Below, in pieces: positions 7,395 to 15,465 of a stretch of DNA of 61,534 bases (positions are counted from its first letter, which is position 1; each line of letters starts with the position of its first letter). Under the pieces are notes generated by a model. That model was given only the letters and a program-made list of their open reading frames with translations. It had not been told where the DNA came from and searched no databases. Origin of the DNA: a virus (lineage: Duplodnaviria; Caudoviricetes); the IMG/VR virus record IMGVR_UViG_3300010366_000013, positions 1 to 61,534 of that record. One strand, 5' to 3'. The translations under genes and the position numbers were made by a program.

Positions 7395-8189
7395 GTGACC
7401 CTCGATCCCGCACGACCATTCCTCATCTCTCCACCGTTCGGCACATATCTGCGACACACGCGAGCCTATTCAGTGCTGGGTTCCTATACTCGCTTTCCCA
7501 GGCCGGGTCGCTTGGGTCAAGTCTTGCGTACAGTTCGCCCTCTTGGCCGCGAGCCTGGGGGCGAGCCGAAGGGATGGTTGAATAGAGTTGGTCTACGCAA
7601 TCCCGGATGGGATACCTGGTCTGTCGGCCACTATGATAGTTCCTGGTCGATCATATCACTCGCACCGCTCGAAACGACAGATTGGGATCACCTGGAGCGA
7701 TGGCTGGATCAGCGCTTTCACAGTCCGTCTATTGAAATTAACATCTCATGTCCAAACGTAGATGCCCATCCGGAACTGCCAGATAACGCGGTGCTGCAGC
7801 GAATCATTGGCGGTGGGGCAACGATCATCTTTAAGCTGGCACCGGTCTCCTCTTCTGTGACAACGGCATGCTATTTAGCCGATCTCGGAGCGAGATATAT
7901 TCATCTGTCGAATACCCTTCCTACGCCGATCGGTGGTATCAGCGGTGCCGCACTGCGGGAAGCGAATCTTCCATTAATCGAGCGGATCGCGAGAGGATTA
8001 GAAGGGCAGTATGTCGCCAATCGACCGACCGTCGAGATTATCGCCGGAGGTGGTATCTATTCACCCAAGCATCTACATCAGTATCACAACGCCGGAGCCT
8101 CTCGCTTTTCGCTGTCTACTGCATGGTTTTGGCCACCCCGCGCGTTACGTGTGATGAGGAGTTATGGAAGAGCTCCCGGCCGCGGTTAA
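7395..8189 (+). CDS. dihydroorotate dehydrogenase-like FMN TIM-barrel (class 1-like); start uncertain
   Basis: NRVGLRNPG, EINISCPNV (catalytic-Cys loop), FKL, SNT, GGISG, IIAGGGI and AGA motifs. Confidence 0.8.
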   Translation: MTLDPARPFLISPPFGTYLRHTRAYSVLGSYTRFPRPGRLGQVLRTVRPLGREPGGEPKGWLNRVGLRNPGWDTWSVGHYDSSWSIISLAPLETTDWDHLERWLDQRFHSPSIEINISCPNVDAHPELPDNAVLQRIIGGGATIIFKLAPVSSSVTTACYLADLGARYIHLSNTLPTPIGGISGAALREANLPLIERIARGLEGQYVANRPTVEIIAGGGIYSPKHLHQYHNAGASRFSLSTAWFWPPRALRVMRSYGRAPGRG

Positions 8190-8213
8190 GGCCCGGCGGC
8201 CAGGAGCGCCGTA

Positions 8214-9380
8214 GGGTCGCGCACGGGCCAGGGTTCTCGCGTTTGGTCGGGCTCGCGCACTGTTGGGGGTTCTCGCATTAACGAGGGCTCGCGCAGGGAT
8301 CAGGGTTCTCGCTCATATTCGGGCTCGCGCCAGAGACTGGGTTCTCGCCCCACAGTGGGCTCGCGCATGCGTATGGGGTTCTCGCCTCACTCTGGGCTCG
8401 CGCTAGGATCTGGGTTCTCGCTCCGTGGGGGGCTCGCGCTGGCATCTGGGTTCTCGCTCCCTTGGGGGATCGCGCTACGTTCGGGGGGTTCTTGCCCTCT
8501 TTGGGGCTCGCGCAGCTACTAGGGTTTCTCGCACCACTGTGGGCTCGCGCAAGGGCTTGGGTTCTCGCTCCCTGCTGGGCTCGCGCTCTCAGTAGGGTTC
8601 TCGCGCCCTGCTGGGCTCGCGCAGCGGATCTGGGTTCTCGCTAGAGGCAGGGCTCGCGCGCAGGGGTCTGAGTTTCTCGCTAGTAGGGGGGCTCGCGCTG
8701 TGTGTCGGGTTCGCGCAGCACATTGGGCTCGCGCGCTTTTCTGGGTTCTCGCGGGGCACGGGGCTCGCGCTCGAGACAGGGTTCTCGCCGTTCTTTGGGC
8801 TCGCGCATACAACTGGGCTCTCGCGCAACTGTGGGCTCGCGCAACACGCTGGGTTCTCGCCGCATCTAGGGCTCGCGCTGAATTTCGGGTTCTCGCGCAG
8901 CATCGGGCTCGCGCTGCATATCGGGTTCTCGCCGGACTCCGGGCTCGCGCTGAATTTCGGGTTCTCGCGCCACTCAGGGCTCGCGCCATCAACTGGGTTC
9001 TCGCGTCAACAAGGGCTCGCGCTCGGGACTGGGTTCTCGCCTTTGGTTGGGCTCGCGCACCTACTAGGGTTTCTCGCGGCACACTGGGCTCGCGCTGGCG
9101 ATGGGGTTCTCGCAAGATCCTGGGCTCGCGCATATCGCAGGGTTCTCGCCGAGTTTAGGGCTCGCGCAAGCATCAGGGTTTCTCGCAGTTCTTAGGGCTC
9201 GCGCATTCACTAGGGTTCTCGCAAACGTCCGGGCTCGCGCTGGTGGTGTGGTTCTCGCAAGATACTGGGCTCGCGCTTCGTTCAGGGTTCTCGCGTTTGG
9301 TTGGGCTCGCGCGTACAGTTGGGTTCTCGCGCGACTGTGGGCTCGCGCACCCTATAGGGTTTCTCGCGTGTGGCTGGGCT
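8214..9380 (-). ncRNA. TIGR-like dual-repeat guide RNA array, 32 units of about 36 nt
   Basis: minus strand: GCGCGAGCCC-N8-GCGAGAACCC-N8 repeated; 32 loop repeats counted by hand from 8231 to 9357; spacers variable; abuts the stop codon of the Nop-domain gene. Confidence 0.9.
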
Positions 9381-10225
9381 TAGGCTGGTATGGGCGGCGG
9401 GATGTAGTCCGCGTGCCCGAGGTGGGCCTGCGCGAAGGGCGCGACCGGCGTCTGTCCGGTGCGGATTAACCAGATCTCGTTCATGTGCGACAGGAATAGC
9501 TTGACCGCCCAGCGCCGCGCCCGGCCGTCGATCTGCGAGGGCGGCAGTCGCCCGGCGCTGTAATGCTTGAAAGCTTCAGTCTTTGCGCCGACGCGCGGTA
9601 GCCACTCCTTGGCGGTTTCGGCGCGCTTGCCCTCGTCCGACATGCGCTGTTCGAACGCCTTGCGCTCGCGGTAGAGCCGCCCGTAGAAGCAGTCGTCGCG
9701 GTTGGAGAGCTTCATAAACGACTGCCCGGCGTGCCAGCACAACGTTTTGAGTTGCGTGTTGTACGGGCGCTTCTCATTGCGCGACCAGGGCTTCTGACCG
9801 TCTGCGGCGAGGCCGGCGAAGGCATAGATCCTGCCCGCCGTGGGGCGCGGCGTCTCGAGGTGCGCCAGGATACCGGCGCTGATCACGGGGCCAATGCCGA
9901 CGATCTCGCGCATCCACGAACCCATGACGTGCTCCTGGGTGTACTGGTCGAGGGCGCGTTTGATTTGCGCCTCGAGGATTTTCGACTGAGAGAACAGCCA
10001 ATCGATGAGGACATGCGGCTCGGGCTGTTCGCTTGTTTGCAGCGCTCGCGCCTGATTGGCTGCGCGTTTGCGGTTCTCCTGGCTGGTGTAGTACGCGTCG
10101 ACCAAAAAGCGCGCCTCTTTCGGGCCCATCGTGCGCGCTGCCTGGGCGAGATCGCGGGTTAGCCGGACGATGGCCGGCGCGTGTTCGATGGTCTCGTCGT
10201 CGTCGACGTATGCCGCAAAGGCCAT
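9380..10225 (-). CDS. tasA: TasA-like Nop-domain RNA-guided DNA-binding protein (IS110/Nop-related, no nuclease domain), 281 aa
   Basis: coiled coil (LVDAYY..QENRKR..NQ...LEAQIKRAL), then IVGIGPVISAGIL, IYAFAGL, PYNTQLKT, YGRLYRERK and ARRWAVKLFLSH; no N-terminal DEDD/RuvC or HNH domain; GGAGG RBS before ATG 10225. Confidence 0.85.
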   Translation of the reverse strand: MAFAAYVDDDETIEHAPAIVRLTRDLAQAARTMGPKEARFLVDAYYTSQENRKRAANQARALQTSEQPEPHVLIDWLFSQSKILEAQIKRALDQYTQEHVMGSWMREIVGIGPVISAGILAHLETPRPTAGRIYAFAGLAADGQKPWSRNEKRPYNTQLKTLCWHAGQSFMKLSNRDDCFYGRLYRERKAFEQRMSDEGKRAETAKEWLPRVGAKTEAFKHYSAGRLPPSQIDGRARRWAVKLFLSHMNEIWLIRTGQTPVAPFAQAHLGHADYIPPPIPA

Positions 10226-10253
10226 GGTTCCTCCCGCGTCAGCGTTTGGTGGC

Positions 10254-10283
10254 AGGGTAGAGGATGGTTGCATGCCTGGCAAC
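10254..10283 (-). promoter_or_regulatory. promoter of the tas-TIGR transcript overlapped by a 17-bp operator
   Basis: TTGCCA-N17-TACCCT on the minus strand; GTTGCATGCCTGGCAAC at 10267-10283. Confidence 0.7.
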
Positions 10284-10297
10284 AATACGCCCGTAGA

Positions 10298-10510
10298 TCA
10301 TTGTAGCTTGTCCACCTGACGGATTATTTCGGCCTCGCCCAGCACCTTCCAGGGGATGTCGTTAAAGGCGTGTGTCGCGAAGGCGGCCCGGGCAACGTCG
10401 AGGTCGATGCCGCGGTCGCGCGCGGCGCGCTTGCACGCCGGCCACAGGATCGCGCGATCGACCCGGCGCAGGTAGGCGTAGTAGAACGCAAGCAACCAGC
10501 GGAAGGTCAT
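10298..10510 (-). CDS. hypothetical protein
   Basis: MTFRWLLAFYYAYLRRVDRAILWP...; GGAGG RBS. Confidence 0.6.
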   Translation of the reverse strand: MTFRWLLAFYYAYLRRVDRAILWPACKRAARDRGIDLDVARAAFATHAFNDIPWKVLGEAEIIRQVDKLQ

Positions 10511-10575
10511 ACCAGCCCCCTCCGTAAGCCAATGGCCGAGGGTAGGGGTTGGCGCAGTCGTATGCAACGGCTATA

Positions 10576-10592
10576 GTTGCTCGCATGGCAAC
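10576..10592. promoter_or_regulatory. 17-bp operator at a divergence point
   Basis: GTTGCTCGCATGGCAAC between leftward and rightward gene blocks. Confidence 0.65.
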
Positions 10593-10596
10593 CGAG

Positions 10597-10782
10597 ATGC
10601 ATATGCGTCCGCCGCCGCGCAAGCTGATCAAGGCGATCGACAAGGCTATCGGCGGTCAGCCTGTGGACGAGGCGGTTTTTGCGCTGACGCTCTGCCTCAA
10701 GGTGCTGCTGGATCAGCTACCGCCGACCTACCATGCCTCGGCGGTGGATATCATCAACGCCCCACCGGGACACCTGATGTGA
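10597..10782 (+). CDS. hypothetical protein (start uncertain)
   Basis: first ORF of a translationally coupled rightward run. Confidence 0.5.
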   Translation: MHMRPPPRKLIKAIDKAIGGQPVDEAVFALTLCLKVLLDQLPPTYHASAVDIINAPPGHLM

Positions 10783-11087
10783 GCTCACCGCCGTACCGCA
10801 ACTTCGACGAATGGCTGTCGACCCGGCCGGCGATCGTGCGCCGACTGTTGGCGCGCTGGCCCGTGGGGTCGACGGTTACCGATGGGATGATGCGGCTTTA
10901 CGTGATCGGGGCCGGCGAGACAAATGGCCACGGCGGCGGGGGGCTCATCGTGTCGCCCGTGCACCCAGCCGAGGACTACGATCGCGCGATGCGCCTGCGG
11001 CGGTTTATCTGCGGCGAGTGCCTGGCGCAGGGTCGCATTCACGAGTTAAAGGGGCCGGCCGGTGGGCTTCAATGGTTGAACCGGTGA
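10779..11087 (+). CDS. hypothetical protein
   Basis: 102-aa ORF, GTGA overlap with the previous gene. Confidence 0.6.
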   Translation: MSSPPYRNFDEWLSTRPAIVRRLLARWPVGSTVTDGMMRLYVIGAGETNGHGGGGLIVSPVHPAEDYDRAMRLRRFICGECLAQGRIHELKGPAGGLQWLNR

Positions 11088-11160
11088 CCTGCGAAGACTG
11101 TAAGGGATACGGCCGCCGGCTGAACCCGGCGCTCGTCGTCGAGGAGACGGCGACCCCGCC

Positions 11161-12018
11161 ATGAACATCCCGACCCGCGAATGGCGCGACGTCTATGACA
11201 AGCGCGATTGGGGCGCCGGAATCTGGCAGCACGAGCCCGACAAGCGTCAGTGGCAGGACGAGGTAACGGGGCTCGCGTGCCTGATCGTGCGGTCGCCGGT
11301 CACGGGTTCGCTCTGCGGCTATATCGGGGTGAACCCAGAGCACCCGGCGCACGGGCTGCATTACGACGGGATCACCGCGGACGAGGCCGAGGCGCTGCGC
11401 AAGGCGTTCCAAGAGAACACCAAAGCCTGGGCGCGGGCTGGCTACCCGGATCTGTTGAAATGGTCGGCAGAGCATCGTCTTCCGGCGCGGCCGGATCCGG
11501 TTCCGGGGATCGGCGAGCGGATTTACGGCATCCGGGTGCACGGCGGCCTGATCTATGCCAGCCGCAACCGGACGGTGATCGACCGCGTCAAATGGATGGG
11601 GTTTTACTCGCGGTGGCCCGAACTCGAGGAAAAGGTGCAGCGATTCCCACGCGGTGACGCGGCGCACGCCCTCGTCGAGTGGGGGCGCGGGTTCAAAGAT
11701 TACGAATGGTGGGTTGACCGCATGCTTGCAGTGTCGATTTGCGCGGTCGGCGAAGACGGCCAGGTGCTCGATCTGTGGTGGTACGGGTTCGACTGCGGGC
11801 ACGCCGGTGACCTGTCGCCGAAAATCGGGGCGGTCATGCGCGAGGAGATGATGAGGGGTCGTTTCCCGATGCCGCCGCTGCCGGCCGACTTTGAGGAAGT
11901 GTACCGCGATTGGGCCTATGTCGAGGGCGAGGTCGAAGCGCTCGCCAACCAGTTCGCCGATCTGATGCGGGAGGTGTGGCATGCCGGTGCTGACACGACG
12001 GGATCTCGACCAGGGTAA
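11161..12018 (+). CDS. conserved phage hypothetical protein (CGY...HGG...GFDC.H family)
   Basis: SLCGYIGV, VHGGLIYA, WWYGFDCGHAGD and YRDWAYV motifs. Confidence 0.75.
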   Translation: MNIPTREWRDVYDKRDWGAGIWQHEPDKRQWQDEVTGLACLIVRSPVTGSLCGYIGVNPEHPAHGLHYDGITADEAEALRKAFQENTKAWARAGYPDLLKWSAEHRLPARPDPVPGIGERIYGIRVHGGLIYASRNRTVIDRVKWMGFYSRWPELEEKVQRFPRGDAAHALVEWGRGFKDYEWWVDRMLAVSICAVGEDGQVLDLWWYGFDCGHAGDLSPKIGAVMREEMMRGRFPMPPLPADFEEVYRDWAYVEGEVEALANQFADLMREVWHAGADTTGSRPG

Positions 12019-12048
12019 GTGCGAACACCCGGGCTGCGAGGCCGAGCG

Positions 12049-12420
12049 ATGAAAACCAACGACGACGCGCGCGCATGCTTGCAGCGGATTATTGATGAGA
12101 TACTCGCGTTTTACCCGTTCCCGCTGGGCAGCAAGATCGACCCGCGATACGCGATTGCGATGGGTGCCGTCCTTGGCGGTGCGCACGAGGGATTGGCCTC
12201 AGTTCGCGACGATCGCAAGGTGCGGTTCGGTGAGATGCTGAAGGGCGACCCGAGCGGCATCATCATCGCGTCGCGCCGGGTCATTCAGTGGCGTGATCGG
12301 GAGGAAGGGTTGCTCGATGCCCTCGCTGAGATCCCGGCGCACGAGGAACGGCATTTCGACGAGGATCGCGATATCTACGACCCGCTGCGCAAGGCGTTGG
12401 AGCTCTACAGCAAGCCCTAG
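12049..12420 (+). CDS. hypothetical protein
   Basis: ORF in the coupled run, high GC3. Confidence 0.6.
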   Translation: MKTNDDARACLQRIIDEILAFYPFPLGSKIDPRYAIAMGAVLGGAHEGLASVRDDRKVRFGEMLKGDPSGIIIASRRVIQWRDREEGLLDALAEIPAHEERHFDEDRDIYDPLRKALELYSKP

Positions 12421-12444
12421 CACGCAGGCAGAGGAGACCAGCCG

Positions 12445-12765
12445 ATGGCTGACCGGGCGTTTTTGCAGCAGCTAATGAAGCGGCTCGCCGACGACGGCAA
12501 GATCATCGAATCCGGCTGGGTTTCGCTGCGCCTGGTGGCGATCCCGCTCGACGCCCCGGCGATACAACTCAGCGAGATGCGCAAGGCGTATATGGCGGGT
12601 GCCCAGCACCTCTTCGCTTCGATAATGAGTTTCCTCGACGACGACGACGACGACCCGACCCCAGACGATCTGCGGCGGATGGATCTGATCAGCAAGGAGC
12701 TCGAAGAGTACCAGCGCGAGCTCGAGCTCGACCTGGCCCGTGGGCCGCCCAAAGGATCCGCGTGA
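12445..12765 (+). CDS. hypothetical protein
   Basis: 106 aa, AGGAG RBS. Confidence 0.7.
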   Translation: MADRAFLQQLMKRLADDGKIIESGWVSLRLVAIPLDAPAIQLSEMRKAYMAGAQHLFASIMSFLDDDDDDPTPDDLRRMDLISKELEEYQRELELDLARGPPKGSA

Positions 12766-13091
12766 TGAAAGTGTGGATCGCCTACTGCGTCTGCCCGCAG
12801 GGGCACGCGATCCTCGCCGCGGCGGACGAAGCGGAAAGCGAGGCGGCGGCGCAAAGCATCATCGGCGAGTTGCGCGCCGCGATTGCCGGTTTTCTCGCCG
12901 CCGGCCCGCTGAACCCGTGGTGCGGCATCTGCCACGCCGAGGCGACGACGTGGCAGTACAAAATCGCCCCGACCCGGTTTCGCACGCTCGAAGAGGCGAC
13001 GTCGTTCCTGGCCGATCTCGAGGTTGGACAGATCGTCACCGCGATCGTGCACGGCGAATTCCTCGGGCCGCGCAGCCGCACCAAACACTGA
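12762..13091 (+). CDS. hypothetical Cys-containing protein
   Basis: CPQGH and NPWCGIC motifs; GTGA overlap. Confidence 0.65.
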   Translation: MMKVWIAYCVCPQGHAILAAADEAESEAAAQSIIGELRAAIAGFLAAGPLNPWCGICHAEATTWQYKIAPTRFRTLEEATSFLADLEVGQIVTAIVHGEFLGPRSRTKH

Positions 13092-13135
13092 TCCCCTAAC
13101 CCTCCCCTTTACCTGGGTTATGCCGCAGGCGTAGT

Positions 13136-13152
13136 GTTGCTGTGGCGGCAAC
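13136..13152. promoter_or_regulatory. 17-bp operator upstream of the operon leading to terminase
   Basis: GTTGCTGTGGCGGCAAC, intergenic. Confidence 0.65.
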
Positions 13153-13179
13153 GCCGGGTAGGACGGGGAGGGTGTTTCC

Positions 13180-13389
13180 ATGACAACGAAAGTACTGGTG
13201 CTGGCCTCGGGTCAGGCGTCGCGCGTGCAGGTTACGACGCGCGGCGCCGATGGCGTGCCGGTGGTCGGCCCCGAGGTGTCGGTCGCGGCCGATGCGTGGG
13301 CGGAAATCTATGTGCCAGACGGCGGGTACATCGTGGTCGACGAGCCGGCGCCGGTTCCTGCCGAGCCGGCGGCGGATACCGCAGCATGA
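13180..13389 (+). CDS. hypothetical protein
   Basis: 69 aa, GGAGG RBS. Confidence 0.6.
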   Translation: MTTKVLVLASGQASRVQVTTRGADGVPVVGPEVSVAADAWAEIYVPDGGYIVVDEPAPVPAEPAADTAA

Positions 13390-13517
13390 AATCCAAAGCC
13401 AGGGGCGGCAAGGCCGCCGCGAAGAGCGCCGTGCACAAGCACGAGCGCGAAATGCACCCGGGTAAGCCGCTTACCAAGCTGCCGGGCGGGAAGGGTCGTA
13501 GTGGGCGGCAGACTTGA
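13386..13517 (+). CDS. small basic protein
   Basis: MKSKARGGKAAAKSAVHKHEREMHPGKPLTKL...; ATGA overlap. Confidence 0.6.
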   Translation: MKSKARGGKAAAKSAVHKHEREMHPGKPLTKLPGGKGRSGRQT

Positions 13518-13706
13518 TAACTATGCGACGCCGTCGCGCGCGTGTCCTTTGTACTGGTGGGCGCTGAGCCCCGAGCTCGGCGTCCTCCACCGCGACGCAC
13601 CGATCCCGATCGCGCTGACCGGGCGCCGCGAAGGCTACAGCGTCGTGCCGATGCCGGATCACCGCATCTCGTGTGTGCGGCTTCGTGAAGGATGGGACGT
13701 TAAACC

Positions 13707-14009
13707 ATGCCTGTAATCGTTTCCGAGGCGGTGCTGAAGTCGGCGCTTGCTCGCCTCTTGGGTGGCGGTAACCGGCTATCGAAAAACGCCGCGATCGAGG
13801 GTGTCCTCACCTGCGCCGAGGCGGTCGACGGCCCGCCCGCTGAGATGTCCGACGTGATGTGCCGCGCACTCGCCGGGTTTATCTGTAAGGCGGCGCTGGC
13901 GCTCGGCCGCGACGACCCGGCTGCGCTCATCGCCGAGGTCACTGGTGCGATCGAGAACTACACCACGCAGGGAATGTTGCAGTTCAGAAAGGAGGTCGGT
14001 CATGGCTGA
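13707..14009 (+). CDS. hypothetical protein
   Basis: 100-aa ORF in the operon. Confidence 0.6.
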   Translation: MPVIVSEAVLKSALARLLGGGNRLSKNAAIEGVLTCAEAVDGPPAEMSDVMCRALAGFICKAALALGRDDPAALIAEVTGAIENYTTQGMLQFRKEVGHG

Positions 14010-14226
14010 GCGCTGCCCTGCCTGCGGTCATCTCCCAGGCGAGCACACACCGCCACCGACATTGCCGTCGTTGCCGCGCGAGGAACAGTTGCTCGGCTAC
14101 GCGGTCGAATTAACCGGCGCGTCGACGACGCCCGGCGAGCCGGCCCAGGAGGTCGGGAAGCGGCTGCGCATCATCCACGGCGCGCTGCAGACCTTGGAGG
14201 ACGGGGAGAGGGAGAGTGGCTCGTGA
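14002..14226 (+). CDS. hypothetical protein
   Basis: AAGGAGG RBS; CPACG motif. Confidence 0.55.
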   Translation: MAERCPACGHLPGEHTPPPTLPSLPREEQLLGYAVELTGASTTPGEPAQEVGKRLRIIHGALQTLEDGERESGS

Positions 14227-14896
14227 TCGTGACCTTTACCGGCGCCTCGGGCTGAAGCGCGACGCCTCGCCGCAAGACGTGCACCGCGCTTACCGCCGCG
14301 CCGCGAGAGATTGCCATCCCGACGTCGTCGGCGGGTCGGCCGAGTCGTGGGGCGCCCTCGTCGAGGCGTATGACGTGCTGCGCGACCCTGGTCGCCGCCA
14401 GCGCTACGACGAGACGGGCGAGGTCGGCGCCGCTGCGGCCGACAATCACCAGGCGGCGGTGCTGATCCGCATCGCTGCCGCGCTGAGCAACATCGCCGAG
14501 GCGGCGCGCCAACAGCGGCGCAAGCTGTCCCAGATCGATTGGCCGAACTCGCTGCGCACTTCGCTTGCGGCCGAGATCCAGCAAGAGCGTGATGGCCTAG
14601 TGCTGCTGCGGCAAATGGCCGAGGAGTGGGAGCGGGTCGCGGCCCGCGCGACGGTGCCGGCGGGCGAAGCGAACGTGCTGCGCGCGCTGGCGAGCGGCAA
14701 GGTCGCCGAGTGTCAGCACCGCATCGCCCAAGTCGAGCGCGAGATCGGCGAGCGCGAGGAAGCGATCGAGCTCCTCAAGAACCAGGGCTTCACGATCGAA
14801 GACTTCGTGCCGCAGCCCTACCCGCAATTCGGGCAATTTGGGCTCTTTGGCCGCACCCGGGCGGGTGAGGTCAAGACCGGGGAGAAGATGTGGTGA
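14216..14896 (+). CDS. J-domain (DnaJ-like) protein
   Basis: DLYRRLGL..DAS..DVHRAYRRAARDCHPD...AYDVLRDP.RR.RYD, followed by a coiled coil. Confidence 0.9.
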   Translation: MARDRDLYRRLGLKRDASPQDVHRAYRRAARDCHPDVVGGSAESWGALVEAYDVLRDPGRRQRYDETGEVGAAAADNHQAAVLIRIAAALSNIAEAARQQRRKLSQIDWPNSLRTSLAAEIQQERDGLVLLRQMAEEWERVAARATVPAGEANVLRALASGKVAECQHRIAQVEREIGEREEAIELLKNQGFTIEDFVPQPYPQFGQFGLFGRTRAGEVKTGEKMW

Positions 14897-15459
14897 CGCT
14901 GATCTGCGGATACCGCCACTCGTATACCAACGATGTCTGGATCGGCGCCGACAGTCGCGGCGTCAGCGGTTCGTTCATCGTGCCCAGTGACATGCGGAAG
15001 CTATTGCGCGCCGGCCGGTGGCGCATGGGCTGGGCGGGTAATGCCGCAGCCCGCCTCTATTTACATAAGGCGGTCGATGAGTTGGCGGCATGCGTCGAGA
15101 TCGAGGATCTCGCGCTGGCGACGCGCAGCGTCCTCAAGGACGCCGAATTCCGCGACATCGCGGGCGAGCGTCCCGGCGCCCCTGGTGCTTATGACCATGG
15201 CCAGGAATGCCTCGTCGCCCGCGATGACGGGCTGTGGGTTATCGAACCCGACGGCGGCGTTTTGGAGCCGCACCAGCCGTTTGTCGCGATCGGTCGAGCG
15301 CAGGACGTTGCCTACGGCGCCGCCGCCGGGTTGCTGCATCGCGGCGAGGTGATCGAACCGGCTGAGTTTCTCAGAACCGTGCTCGAGATCGGCGCGCAGT
15401 TCTACGCGACCGTCGGCCCCCCCTATTGGGTGGAGTGCGTCAATGAGCCGGTTTTTTAG
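14893..15459 (+). CDS. Ntn-hydrolase, HslV/proteasome-beta-like protein
   Basis: GTG start gives Thr2 (MTLICG); IGADS, KL, GWAG and AIG motifs. Confidence 0.65.
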   Translation: MTLICGYRHSYTNDVWIGADSRGVSGSFIVPSDMRKLLRAGRWRMGWAGNAAARLYLHKAVDELAACVEIEDLALATRSVLKDAEFRDIAGERPGAPGAYDHGQECLVARDDGLWVIEPDGGVLEPHQPFVAIGRAQDVAYGAAAGLLHRGEVIEPAEFLRTVLEIGAQFYATVGPPYWVECVNEPVF

Positions 15460-15465
15460 GGACGC

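Noticed and set aside
8214-9380. CRISPR array
   Set aside because: Two alternating 10-nt repeats and 8-nt spacers are far shorter than CRISPR repeats and spacers, and no cas gene is evident in the genome.
8462-9469. Repeat-protein ORFs across the array (e.g. 8519-9133, 8700-9158)
   Set aside because: They arise on both strands and in several frames from the 36-nt period; they lack an RBS and are broken by 37-38-nt units.
9380-10285. IS110 transposase / insertion sequence
   Set aside because: No DEDD RuvC domain and no SG catalytic loop; it has a phage-type promoter and a guide array rather than IS ends. The tracked 10285 start lies within the promoter/operator, so ATG 10225 is preferred.
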